Notes under the pieces: model-generated
What the model was told of the DNA's origin: nothing
Seen by the model: the letters and a program-made list of their open reading frames with translations, nothing else
Database searches by the model: none
In this document: piece after piece, positions 51,775 through 63,594 of the stretch
Layout of the letters: the number at the start of each line of letters is the position of its first letter
Numbering within the stretch: the stretch's first letter is position 1
Source of the DNA: Pocillopora damicornis
Lineage: Eukaryota
Direction: 5' to 3'
DNA: 64,000 bases
NCBI RefSeq assembly: GCF_003704095.1
Contig: NW_020847654.1
Coordinates: forward strand, 186,001 to 250,000
Made by a program: the position numbers and the translations under genes

Positions 51775-54700
51775 CAAACCTCTTCAAGTATAAAAAACTT
51801 AAGATGGCTTTTCTTCTTCAATCAACATTTTTAGAACCAACATACCTAAGTTTTAACCCTAATTTTATACCAAATTGTACTACTGATACTTTGAGTATTA
51901 GCTGGTCGTAATTGAAACTTAGAACATCATTCTCATATTTTTTTATTAAGGTTAAGTTCTGAAAATTGCCAGGCATGGAGAAACTAACATAATTTTTCTC
52001 AAGGATGCCCCTTTGTGGTCCCATGCACCTAGTGAGTACCACTGGTATACAGGCAGTAAAGGTGGGAATATAAAGGACAACTGCCAACACTCAACCCACC
52101 AATTTGTTTAGATTAATAACTGAGCTGTAGGATCCCTACCCTTTCTCTGCCTCAACTTTTGAAACTTTTGAAATTAGGAGCATCCTTGTGGAGACCATTA
52201 CAGAAAGTATCCCCTCAGCATACTCTAGATAATTTAGTTGTTCCTAGTATATGTCATCAAATAATTGTCAGTGGGATAAGTAATGGGTGATAGCAATAAG
52301 GACATTTTTACATTAGTAAGTAATTGATTGGTATACTTGACTGCCAGTTCTCCTCTTTTCCGTGAAAAGAAATCTGTAGTGTTTCGTAAAGCACGTTAAT
52401 AAAGTAACCCAACTTTTGGGATGTCAGGATGATAAAAGTATCATTATCCAATTCAGTTTTCTCAGTAATAAAACTCAGTTCTTCTCTAATTGCCTTGTTA
52501 TTTCATTAATGCTAGAAGCACCTGTTTTTTGTACTTTTGAGGTCAGTATGTAGTTAATGGGCTAACCAGAACGTCGTGCCGAAGGAAGCAACCTTTCTTG
52601 CCGGCTTAGATTCGGTTGCATCCCCTAAAATACTATCAAATGAACAAAAGAGACCAGGGCCGGTTGTCAAAACGGATTTGAAAGATAAGGAAAAGCTGAC
52701 TCATAATACAACAATCTGTCATCTTATTGCATCAAGAGATAATTACAGTTCACAATCGAATCTCGAAAAAAGTTACAGAGGAAATCAATGAAAACTTAAT
52801 TATGCAAAATATATGTAGCCCACGTTGCGCAATGAGTATCGACGCTTAGGAAAAGATCTACCGAATGAGAGTAAACATACGCCCCCAATCTATCACCCCG
52901 AGGCCTTCTTGTATACAACAACCCCCTCAAACTGGAACTTCATGTAACCAGGCGTGATATTGAATCCCTAAGTTTAAGGTTTAAAACAATTTTGTAATAT
53001 TTGTTTCCAATTATGACAACGATTCGCGAGATCTCATGTGGGGTCAGAATAAACTCAATATCGCGAGAGTGTGAGTTTCTATTTCTTTCATTGTCCGGAA
53101 AAACCTTACGAATTTTATCTCATGGCCATCGGATTCAATATTACCTCATAAAGTGCACCCTTTGTGTGTTTTTGCGACAATCTTAGGACACAAGGTTGTA
53201 ATTGTGAATCACAACCATTCCCTATAATTTAGACGACTCATATTTAACACACCTAAAGGCGATGACATGAACACGTAATTCTGCAAATTTTAATTCTTGC
53301 AATTCTTTTCAATTCTTCGTAATTCTTGACAAATTTTTTGTTCCACTGAACAGTGCATTATTAAAAGTTTTGATCGAAAGCCCACTTATAAGAAATTGTC
53401 AATCATTCGACAGCTGAACTAATTTTATCTCACCTTTGCTCCCATGACGTCAGAATGACGCAAATTGAAAACGCCTCGCAGAAAAAGGGCGGAAGAAGAC
53501 TAAAAAGCAACAAGAATGTTTGCCGAAAACACTTTTCATTAGAAGGGGTAGGTCCTCTTTGCAAAGAAAGCCACAGAGGATACATTACAAATCATAATTT
53601 CAAACCAAAGCAGGATTATTTTCCATTTGTGGAAAGACTGAACTCAACATCAAATACAAGATTTAAATCTATCATGAAACTAAAAAACTGTTACCCAGTG
53701 GCGGATAAGTGCTAGCGATCTTGATCTTTGATCATAGAAGGATAGGAAACTACTCCTTAGTTGTATCGTTGTTATTTTATTTTATTTATTTATTTTTTGG
53801 GTTTGTTTGTGTTGTTATCGAAATGAAATATCCTTCCTTTGTTCCCACGATCCAAATTTGGCATGCTTTCGGTTGCCATAAGCGTTTTTCCTTGTGCTAA
53901 AGGTCAGTTCATAGATTTCATATTGGCATTATGTTACAAATAAAGCTATCACTTCAAGATCTCGCATGAAAGTCTAGGTGTGACGCACGAGGATAATTTT
54001 TAGCTTTTGATCTGTTTTTGTCTGATACTTTCTATTTAAGCTACTCATAGAATGTAAGTGTACCTCTTGCATTTCCCCGCGATTCAAGAATATCCTTTTC
54101 TGGATGAGTCATTCATAGATGTTACCACAATGTGTATGTTGCGTAGTTCCGCCGAGGAAATTTCTAAAATCGTTGAAGTGGCTAGGACAAGAAAAGTTGG
54201 AAAAATACACCGCAAACAAAATTCTCATTGCGTCTCACGAAAAGCTTGCGCTCTATGAATTTTCTCCCTAAAGCGTTGCTTTGTCGGTTTGTCGTAATTC
54301 TTACGGTGATGTTGGAGTGATGATCATTCTAGAGCTCTATACAAACTGAGGTCAGGAAAGTTCGAGAAATACGTACGTGGAAGTACGCATTAAGTCTAGG
54401 AATGCGGCGGCGTTGTCTTTAAATGGATGACACGGGATATCCTACTCCCAAAACCCAACCCGGTTTCATTTACCTTCTTCGATTTAAAAGGCCGCAAATT
54501 AATCGACGGGAACAGTTTGGTACTTGAGACACTGTCAGGGTAATTCTGTGGCCCATACACCGCAAAAATCTACCTGTAGAAACCCAAATTTATGGTGAGT
54601 AATGCGTTGTAGTTAAGATTTATTATCTTAATTACAGAAGAATTTGTAGTTCGTGTAACCCAAATAGACCTGGGGGGCTCTGTTTTTCGTTCGTAAAGAT

Positions 54701-54807
54701 TGTACAAAATGTCCATTGCAATTTTGAACGCATATGATTCTCTTACCTTACTTCTGACACCTCTTTGCAGAGATTGCATTAATCAGACAAGGAAACAACG
54801 ACAAAAC

Positions 54808-57163
54808 ATGCAAGAATCAATCGGTATAATCCTTCTCCTTCCACTACTGGGACATGCAGGTACTTATGTGAAAATCTTGTTCTCGACTCTTTAGTCCACT
54901 AGCTCCGCCATCTACAATGAGGGCAGCTTTCCAATGATTTCCACTGTTTCAAGAAAGTAGCCACTTCCTAAACCAAATTTAATATAACTTTATGAACGCG
55001 ACTGACCTTTTCACCACACAATTTAAGTAGACTCAAGAGAATATAAAATGATATACTCTTGGTAGACTTCTATAATATAGAATTTTTCCAATTAAGATTA
55101 CTAAATAATCATAGGATCTAAGAGCCTAAGGGTGAAGAAGGAAAGATTTGTTATAAGGTGAAGACAAGAGATGGAAAATTTAGGTGAAGAATGGTGCCCT
55201 AAAGGTGAAAATCGCATCTATTAAAAGTAAGGGTTGACATGAGGTAGAGAAGACATCGGCAGAATTTGACTGTTTGAGGATGGAACAATAAAAGAAAGTT
55301 AATGTTAGTTGCCAAGGCAATAATTAACTATTATGTATCAAGGTATTGAAATTAGCTTTTTGTTTACTCCTAGTTCGCTTAGGCAACGAACTCTGCAGAC
55401 CACGACCGACTTTAGTGCCTATAGACGATCCAGAATTCAAATTTTTCCCCTACTTTGTGAAGCTTCATCAATGCGGCGGATCATGTGACCATATTCAACC
55501 TTCGGTAAAATCATGCATTCCACTTGAGTACGATGAAGTGTCTGTCACTGTGCAAGTGGTAGGTACCGATGAAATGCGGACTACACAAGTGAAAAATCAC
55601 ACGCGTTGTGGATGTGAATGCGTCCACGGCCCGAAAGATTGTGACTTGGAATTAGAGGAATGGAAACCAGACCTATGTCAGTGCCAGTGCAGAAACAGAG
55701 ACAGACCATCGGTTCCGTGTGGGGCAGGAATGACTTGGAGTAGAGCTCAGTGTCGATGTGTGTGCAATAAGCAGCCTCAATCCTGTGGTCCAAATAAGGT
55801 AATATCATAGAGAATTTCTGTTGAGTTGGAAGAAATTCGGGAATTTGATACTTGTGAAATATTCATTGCTCTAAATAATGAAGCCGAAATATTTGACACA
55901 TATTTTACAGAGACGCATAGGTAAGACAGTACGTAAAGCCGCGAAGTAAAAACTTAGTTTGTACGGGTGTACAAATTCATGATGAGCTTAAAATTCCATT
56001 TAATTTTTCCTTTTTCAGGTATGGAATAAAGAAGCTTGTGGATGTGTTTGCAAAGATAGAAGGTATAAAAACTGTGCCAGGAAACAAAAGCGAGTGGATG
56101 AAGAGACTTGTAAGTGCACTACGAAAGTGATGCCTCCAGCAGTAGGAAAACAGTCATCTCCCAAACCTCACTCAAAAGGTAAGTAAATTTGTTAAAGTAG
56201 TGCCTTCTTTAAGAGAGAGTGCATAAAAATCTGACAAAAAAGGTTCAGAAAACTTACTCGAATGTTTCTGGCAAAATTCTTCATTCATCTCAAACCCTTG
56301 CAAGTAATACCCCTCTTCCCCTCATCCCTCAAACCCGCGCCCCCTACCCCTACCCCCTTGCCCCTTCCCCGCATATTCCTGAGTTAAAAAGGTTGAATTT
56401 AAAGGACTAATCCTTGTAAGTAATTAAGGTTGAATAACTTTGTTATATAACAATTTTTCATTTCAGGTGGACTTCGCCAAGAGTTTTACGTGATATTATT
56501 CATAGGACAGTTTGTCTTGTTGTATATGGTTTTTGAAGCGGTCCTTTATCGTAAGAAAGCTGGTTTAATATATCGCATCACACGGAGCTGCTCAACAAAA
56601 GGTAAATTTTATCGACTCTCTTTAATTTTTTCTGCGTTTTTAGAACGGTGGATAAAAATGTAAAGATATACAAACTGTACGGAATTCAAAGACCAAAGTT
56701 AGAATCTCCGACCATTACTGAAAATGGAAACTATATGATGCTTTAATACCGAAGGTTTGGAATTGAGAATGAATGAGTTAATTATACAAATTACACAAAC
56801 CCTTTTCGAGTAGATTTTTTTTTAACTTTGTTTGCTGTATGACTCGTTGTAATACCCTGTAAGCCACACCTTTTTCGGCTATATATTCCTACTCCAACCA
56901 AATAAAGCCGGTGCAAATTAATCCGATTTCGAACTGGACATAATCTCCTTTATCACCAAATGTGAGTTTTCTTCTGGTCTACCCGTGCGGCCCGTTAATA
57001 ACCGTGTCGGTCGTTCTTTTCGTCAGGCGGTCATTTGGACATCAAGGAGTCAAGAGAAGACATTCTCAGCGTATCAAGCAGTGAGACGGAAACAAATCTA
57101 CCCACAGAAACAGGACACCACAATGTAGAGGCCTCTATCAAAGAAAGCCAAGCTGTCGTGTAA
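54808..57163 (+). CDS. Membrane-anchored PDGF/VEGF-domain protein 4 (about 302 aa); exons 54808..54859, 55374..55798, 56019..56178, 56467..56601, 57027..57163
   Basis: Signal peptide MQESIGIILLLPLLGHA; core CRPRPTLV..FFPYFVKLHQCGGSC..CIP..NHTRCGCEC; CXCXC repeats; TM FYVILFIGQFVLLYMVFEAVLY followed by RKK; tail ending SQAVV; 909 nt in frame. Confidence 0.9.
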
Positions 57164-60100
57164 ATTGGATGCCGGGAAATCTTTAAACATCTTGCGACGA
57201 AGTCCATCTCTATGCTTAAGATAAGCAAGGATAAGCATGGAATGATATTTTAAGCCAGAGATCAATTTTATCAAACATTTCAATCAGTCGGTAGTATTTT
57301 CGATGGCTCCGAGATAAATGTCTAAATATACGTATTGCTTACATGTGAGATGAAGTGTAGAAAATATTTCCCTCGAGATGTTTGACCTCCTTTAAAGCTG
57401 TATTAGATATTTTCCTATCTATATACCTATTAATAATTTATTTATTTATTTATTTATTTATTTATTTTTTCATGTATTTGTATCAGCAAGTAATAATATA
57501 TGGAAAAGAAGACAAGAAGCTGCAGACTACTGAACTTTGATTATTAATAGTAAATAATATTTATTTCAGTTGAGAAGATTTTAAGAAGTAAAGAAAAGTA
57601 TTTTATTTCATTCATCTATCTTTAGTTATTTATACTTAGTATCCTCCACTGATTAAAAGATATTTCTAGAGAATTTCTTTCAACGTCAATACATCTGCAC
57701 CATTGACTATCCCTAAGGCATTCAGTTGACCGGATACGCATAGCAGCTTTTTAAGCCTGGAAGGAATCTTTCACTTTTAATATCATCCCTTTTCGGCTGC
57801 TTTCAATTGCAGTTATCGTTTGAAAAACTTGTTTAACTGTCCTTGTTTAAGAAAAAAGAAAAAGAAACTGATGTAAGTCACCAGTTACACTGAATATCTG
57901 ATCTCTAAGGGGGTGAGGGTGGGGTTAGTATTTTTAGTGTTCATCACGGTACAGTAAAATAGAAGAGAAGAACAGAAGGTGTTCTTCACTGAATTTTACC
58001 GAGAAAAACATTTATGACTGGGTTCTTAGAGGTTTAGGGCTAAAGCGGGCGTTGTAGTTCATTCAACATAATTACAAATAAAAGGCTGGCTTTAACGGAG
58101 ATCGGATGGAGACTGGATAAGAACCGGGAAGGAAATCAGGCGCTATCCCATTTATTTTCCCTTTTAACATATCCATTTGGTATCATAATGGTACAAATTT
58201 TAAATAAATTTTTATAGCCAGTTGAGAAGAGCGATTACAAGTGAATAAATCTTTTTCCACTGTTTTTCCAATTATGAAAATTTCCCGTGGCCACAAGTAA
58301 TAAAGATAACGGTTATAAAAATACGAAAGTGCCATCATTGCTATTTACCTCCCAGCAAGAGAATCTCCCATCTCAGGAGACGTTGCCATGTGTACCATCC
58401 CTGATTACCTTCAACTGATAAGCGTACTTGCTTCATGAGGCGGATCGATATGACCTTGTGATCAGTGGTTAGAAACCGGAAACAACCAAAACATGTCGAT
58501 AAGAGGGATCACGAAAGATTAAAATGATCACACACGTATTTGCCAGTATATATTAAAGGATTATCTCCTTTGCTTTTCTTAAATCTAAAAATAAATTTCA
58601 GGTGATGGAACAATTCTCTTTTTTTTTTTTTTTTTTTTTAGAGAGAGACTTTCCCTTCGTGAAAAATCAGGAATTTCCCATTTAAAAAGACTACACGGGC
58701 TACACACACGTCCAACTGCTTTTGAAATTTCAAGAAATCTTTCCTCGTAAATGTTTTGTAGGGCAGCCGTATTTCAAGGGAATCCTGTCAATAAGGAAGT
58801 AAAAAATAAATTAGCGATAACAGCTTAACCCAAGAAGCCTATTATAAGCTAATTGAAAACAGGAAAATAAACCTACGCGTGAAAACCATGCGGGGGTTCT
58901 GTTTTAGGGACTCGCGTGTTTTTTTCCGGCCGCCCGACAATGATCTAGAACAATGAAAGAGAACAAAAAGAAAAAGAGAATAAACAAGCGAAAAGAAAAA
59001 TTGATTCCTCCCGAACAGAATAAATGAGAAGGCGAAACAGAACCTGAAACTTCAGCAAATCAAATACAAACTTAAGACTGACCTTGTAATGCCTTAGAAC
59101 CTCACAAGCTTCCCATTTCGCTCACATATTTCGTCACGGAGTTTTGTATTTCATCCACTGAATGCCGCCTTGATAAGCCACTGTTAGTTATTAGGGTTTT
59201 GCATAATGCCACTCCTTGTCAACATTTTTCCCAAATTTATGACAAATATGAAGGCGTAACGAGAAAACGGATATTCATGAAATTCCGTCTCTGTAAATTG
59301 ATTGATATAAGTTAACGATCCGCGAAATATCGTTATAACATAAACGATCAAACCGACACCGATTTTAAACTCGTATACAAGAACCAAAAACACTAAACTA
59401 GCAAGGAAATCTCCTAGGCAAGGCTTCACAACAAATCAGAATTTGACCAAAAAGAAAAAACCTACAAAATATCTTTCAAGTTAGCTAAGGTAAGAACATT
59501 ATTTTTATTGAGGTCAGGAATTGAACATGTAAACTAGGTAACACTTGCTAAGCGATAATTTTAGCGTTAATTGTGTCGCATTCCAAGTCAAACCTTTAAT
59601 GATTATCAACCTTGTTAGCAAGTTGTATAACCTCGTCCTCGATAACGCTTTAGAGGTGACTTTTCAAAAAAAAAAAATTGATAACTCCAATAGCTGGAAA
59701 TACTTTGCATGCGGATATCTGAAGGATTACGCAAATCTATTTTTCATTATATCACTGACCCAGTTCACACTTGCTCAGTTGTGAAATTTTGCTGTCCCTC
59801 CGACGACGCTTTATTAAGTGACATCTTGATTCTAATCATCAATGAGATTACGGAATCAAGCGAATTCATCAGATGCATGCATAAGTATATTATCGATGTC
59901 AGGCAAGAATTGATAAGACGATCGGAAGAGAATGACTACGCCGGTCTCATTAATCTAAAACCAGCCACGCAACGATTTTAAAACTGGCTTAGTCATTCTT
60001 GCGCGATCATAGATCAATACTAAGGCTAATAAAAAACTCAATAACTTTTGTACTTGAAGTTATGATGTACTTATGCTCTTGAAGATATGATATTGTGGTT

Positions 60101-61133
60101 GTATTTTTACTAGAAAACATCCGTAGTACTTTAGCATAATCGTTCTCATTTACGTCACTAACGTGACGTCTGTCGCAACAGGCACTGTTCGGTGGTTATT
60201 AATTAAAAACCCTTAAACCGCGAAATAAAATGACCCATTAAGGAATTTTCAGTCAAGTGAAATTATATGAGATACCATCCAGTAACTCAACAAGTTCAAA
60301 TGCGATAAAACGGGCCTTCGCCTAAAATGATACAGATCTCGGTAGTGGTAATATTTCGAGATGCAACTGAAACAGAAGCAACCGGAAACGTGGAGGTAAA
60401 AAAGTACATAGCATGCTAACGGAAGATTGAATTCTAAGAACAAAGTGAACTACAGGAAGTCAAGTTCCCTCACGACTTACTCTTTATGTTGGAGCTTTTT
60501 TTACTTCGTTTATTCCCTAAAAGTGAAAAATTCTTTCCTGTGGCTTTCAGCTCTTACTTCTCAGTCAGGCTATTTCAGAGCTCTTACAAAATCAGCCTTC
60601 AAGCGCAACTCATTTTTTTTTTAACCCCGCGTGTTAGATTTTAGTGATATTTGCTAGGTGCATCATCGCGTAAGTCTTGCAGATGAAGGGTAGAGAATGC
60701 CACACGTCTTCGTTCAATTCTGCTTGGTAAACATGGAAGTGATGACTTTGACAAAAAAGGCATTATTAGCTGGAGTAAATTAAAAGTCTCCCTACGATAA
60801 CAGATATTTCTTTACACCCGGGGTTCTTAAGGTATGTGTTTAAATCGGAAAAGGTAAACAGGAAGATGAAAGGAATCTGGGTTGGGTTTTTCACGTACAT
60901 TAACATATTGTTTAGATGGCATTAGCGCAGAAAGGTCACAGATGGATTTCTGAGAAGCAAGTTATTGAATCTGTGGAGGAACGAGGGAAACCTGAATATT
61001 TACAACCTCTTTTCAACGAAAATTTGGCGAAAAATGACCACTGAATTTCTCTAGTTATGAAATGAGTGTAACAGTCAACCTGGTGAAAATGAAATTGCCA
61101 GCCGTATTTCAGCTGGTCAGCATGAGATGTTAT

Positions 61134-61187
61134 CTTCATTTTCGGTGTACTTCATTTCCGGTTTACTTCATTTCCGGTGTACTTCAT
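61134..61187. repeat. 16-bp tandem repeat (about three copies) upstream of gene 5
   Basis: cttcattttcggtgta-cttcatttccggttta-cttcatttccggtgta-cttcat. Confidence 0.8.
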
Positions 61188-61377
61188 GACGAGTCCACTG
61201 ATTGGTCCTCGACGACAGAGTAGGTTGGGCATTCAGTCAAGATATTAGTTCCTGTGTTACAAATTGATTTCATTCATAGCTTACCTTCTTCAGCGATTGC
61301 TGTATCAAAGCATTAACATCAAACATTAACATCATTTGTTTATTACACAGAGGCAAGAAAACATAATTGATTCATCC

Positions 61378-63539
61378 ATGTGCAATAATTGCCTTACGTT
61401 GTCCCAAAAATCTTGGTTGTATGTCTTCGTAGGAGCCACGCTAACCTTAGCATCAGGTGAGTAAACACGTTTAAAAATTTACTACGGGAATTACTACAAC
61501 TTCCACGTGTAGCGACGAACTGTTCTCGGTGGAGTAACGATTTCTTCAAATTTCTTATAGAAATCTAACAAAACTTTCACCAAAATATATCGGTTTTAAA
61601 ACATCTGTTAAGTTGATACTTCTTTGACAACAAGAGCTGTTGCAATTTTCTCGAGTTTGGTTGCTATTCATTCAAGCCTGTTTCCGTCCGATAAATTGTA
61701 TCGTTAAATTTACAAGGGTTTCTCTTAGTGAAAGTGCAATTGAAAGCTATTCCACTCAAGAATTTTTGTTTCTCGATCGTACGATTCTCTTAGGAGGAAA
61801 CCTTTCGTGTTTTAAGAAGCTTGTAACATCGGCTTTGCGCTTGAAAGTGTTTGAGATTGATTAATTGAAATCAATAGCATTTCTGAAAAACTTTTAGTTG
61901 TATTATTTTGTAGATAGATCTTTCACAGAGAATAATGATTTGTCTCTTCCTTGCGCCTCTGAGTAGAGCAAGCCAAGTTTCCTGCGGCCGGCCTCGGTCA
62001 TTTTTGAAAGACGCTGGAGTGTAGGAAATACCGCGAAAATGTGCGATGTAAACGCGATCACTGAGATTTATTACAATTTTTCGTGATCTTAAATGTGGCA
62101 ACGAAATTGTAGCGATAACGTGGGCCGACTCGCACTAATTTTCACAAACTGAGAGATTGTGCTTACGAAATCACTTTTGATTTACACTAACAATGCAAGT
62201 CGCAAAATGCGCGGAATTTGCCACCTTTAATTGAAATTTATTTATGTACAAAACAGTTGCTCTGGCGTTTGTTTTGTGGTTCTTAAAACACCTTCATTAA
62301 AAGATATCCCAGCCGTTTCAAACAAATGCTTTGGGCATTGCATCCTCCTTACATATCAAGACCAAAAGGTATCAAATTTTCTACTCTCGAAAGATCTAAG
62401 AGTACTTTTTAAATCAGATCGGCTTCACTATGTAAACAATCATGTTGGCCACCGCTTCGAAATTAATTTTTGTAGCAAGTGATATTTGTTCCTCCCTTGC
62501 AACCACCAAAGTTAATTTACATACCGCTGGCTTTCCCTCTTCCGTTCAGTTGTAACTTTTTATATGTTAAAAGTTTATCAAAGTCCTCGACTCCTCAAGA
62601 CAAAGGTTACTCCCAAATATGGTTAAATTGCAGAATACCCTGCCACTCATTTACATGTCATTGAATGAGAATAGCGTCTATTGTGTTAGCCTCACGACAC
62701 ATGTAAATGAGGTGTTACTCCCAAAATATTTTCTTTCTTTGCTTTTTATGTACTTGTTAAATATTGTGGTGATTTCCTTCTCTAATTCCCATCATGCTGC
62801 TGTCGTAGAGCATACTAACCTGAGTGTGCTTGCCCAACCTAAGTTAGGTTACCAAAATTCTTTGTGATATTAATTTTAAAGGGCACCAAAATTCGAAAAA
62901 TATCACCAGTCATGACAAACAAACAAACAACTCTAGATAGTAGCTTTGTGATAATTAATTTTATGATGCCTGGACTCTATCGCAATTTTTGAATTGACCA
63001 TCCTGTACTATTGTTTGAATTAAAATATTCTTATTACTAGCAACCTTTATTTATGTTATTCTCTTGTTTACATTTGTTCATACACTCTTCTTTCCTTGAG
63101 TATCATTCTCAAATATATATATTGGCCATGTTTAAGAGTTAATATACTAGTTGTTAATTATAATATTTTAATTCAATCACTTTAGTTCAGGCCTTTGCAA
63201 TACAACTCCAAGAGCAATCATGTAAACCAAGACCAGTAGTGGTGGGTGACCAGACTGAAGGTTTCAAACCATACCACGTGTTACTGCACCGCTGCTCAGG
63301 AACTTGTGATGACATCAACCCAGAACGCAAACCCTGCATACCATCAACCACAGAATTAATTGATGTTAAAGTACATGATCCCTTCAATGGAAATGATAAG
63401 ATCATCAAGGTTCTAAATCACACAAGTTGTGATTGTGAATGCAACCTTGACTGTGATTTGGATAATGGCCAGGTTCCAGATGGAGATCAATGTATCTGCA
63501 AACCTGTATCACAGCCATCTGGGAGGAAACCTGATATAG
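61378..63539 (+). CDS. PDGF/VEGF-domain protein 5, 3'-partial; exons 61378..61456, 63186..63539
   Basis: Signal-like MCNNCLTLSQKSWLYVFVGATLTLASVQA; core CKPRPVVV..FKPYHVLLHRCSGTC..CIP..NHTSCDCEC; one Cys repeat, then a P/S/K stalk and a donor at 63539 (alternative 63543). The rest is presumed to lie beyond the window. Confidence 0.85.
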
Positions 63540-63594
63540 GTAGGTAATGACTGTACAAGATAATGAAATTAGGAATGAATGAAGTTTTTCCCTC

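Noticed and set aside
57435-58639. (TTTA)n and poly-T tracts
   Set aside because: Ordinary simple repeats.
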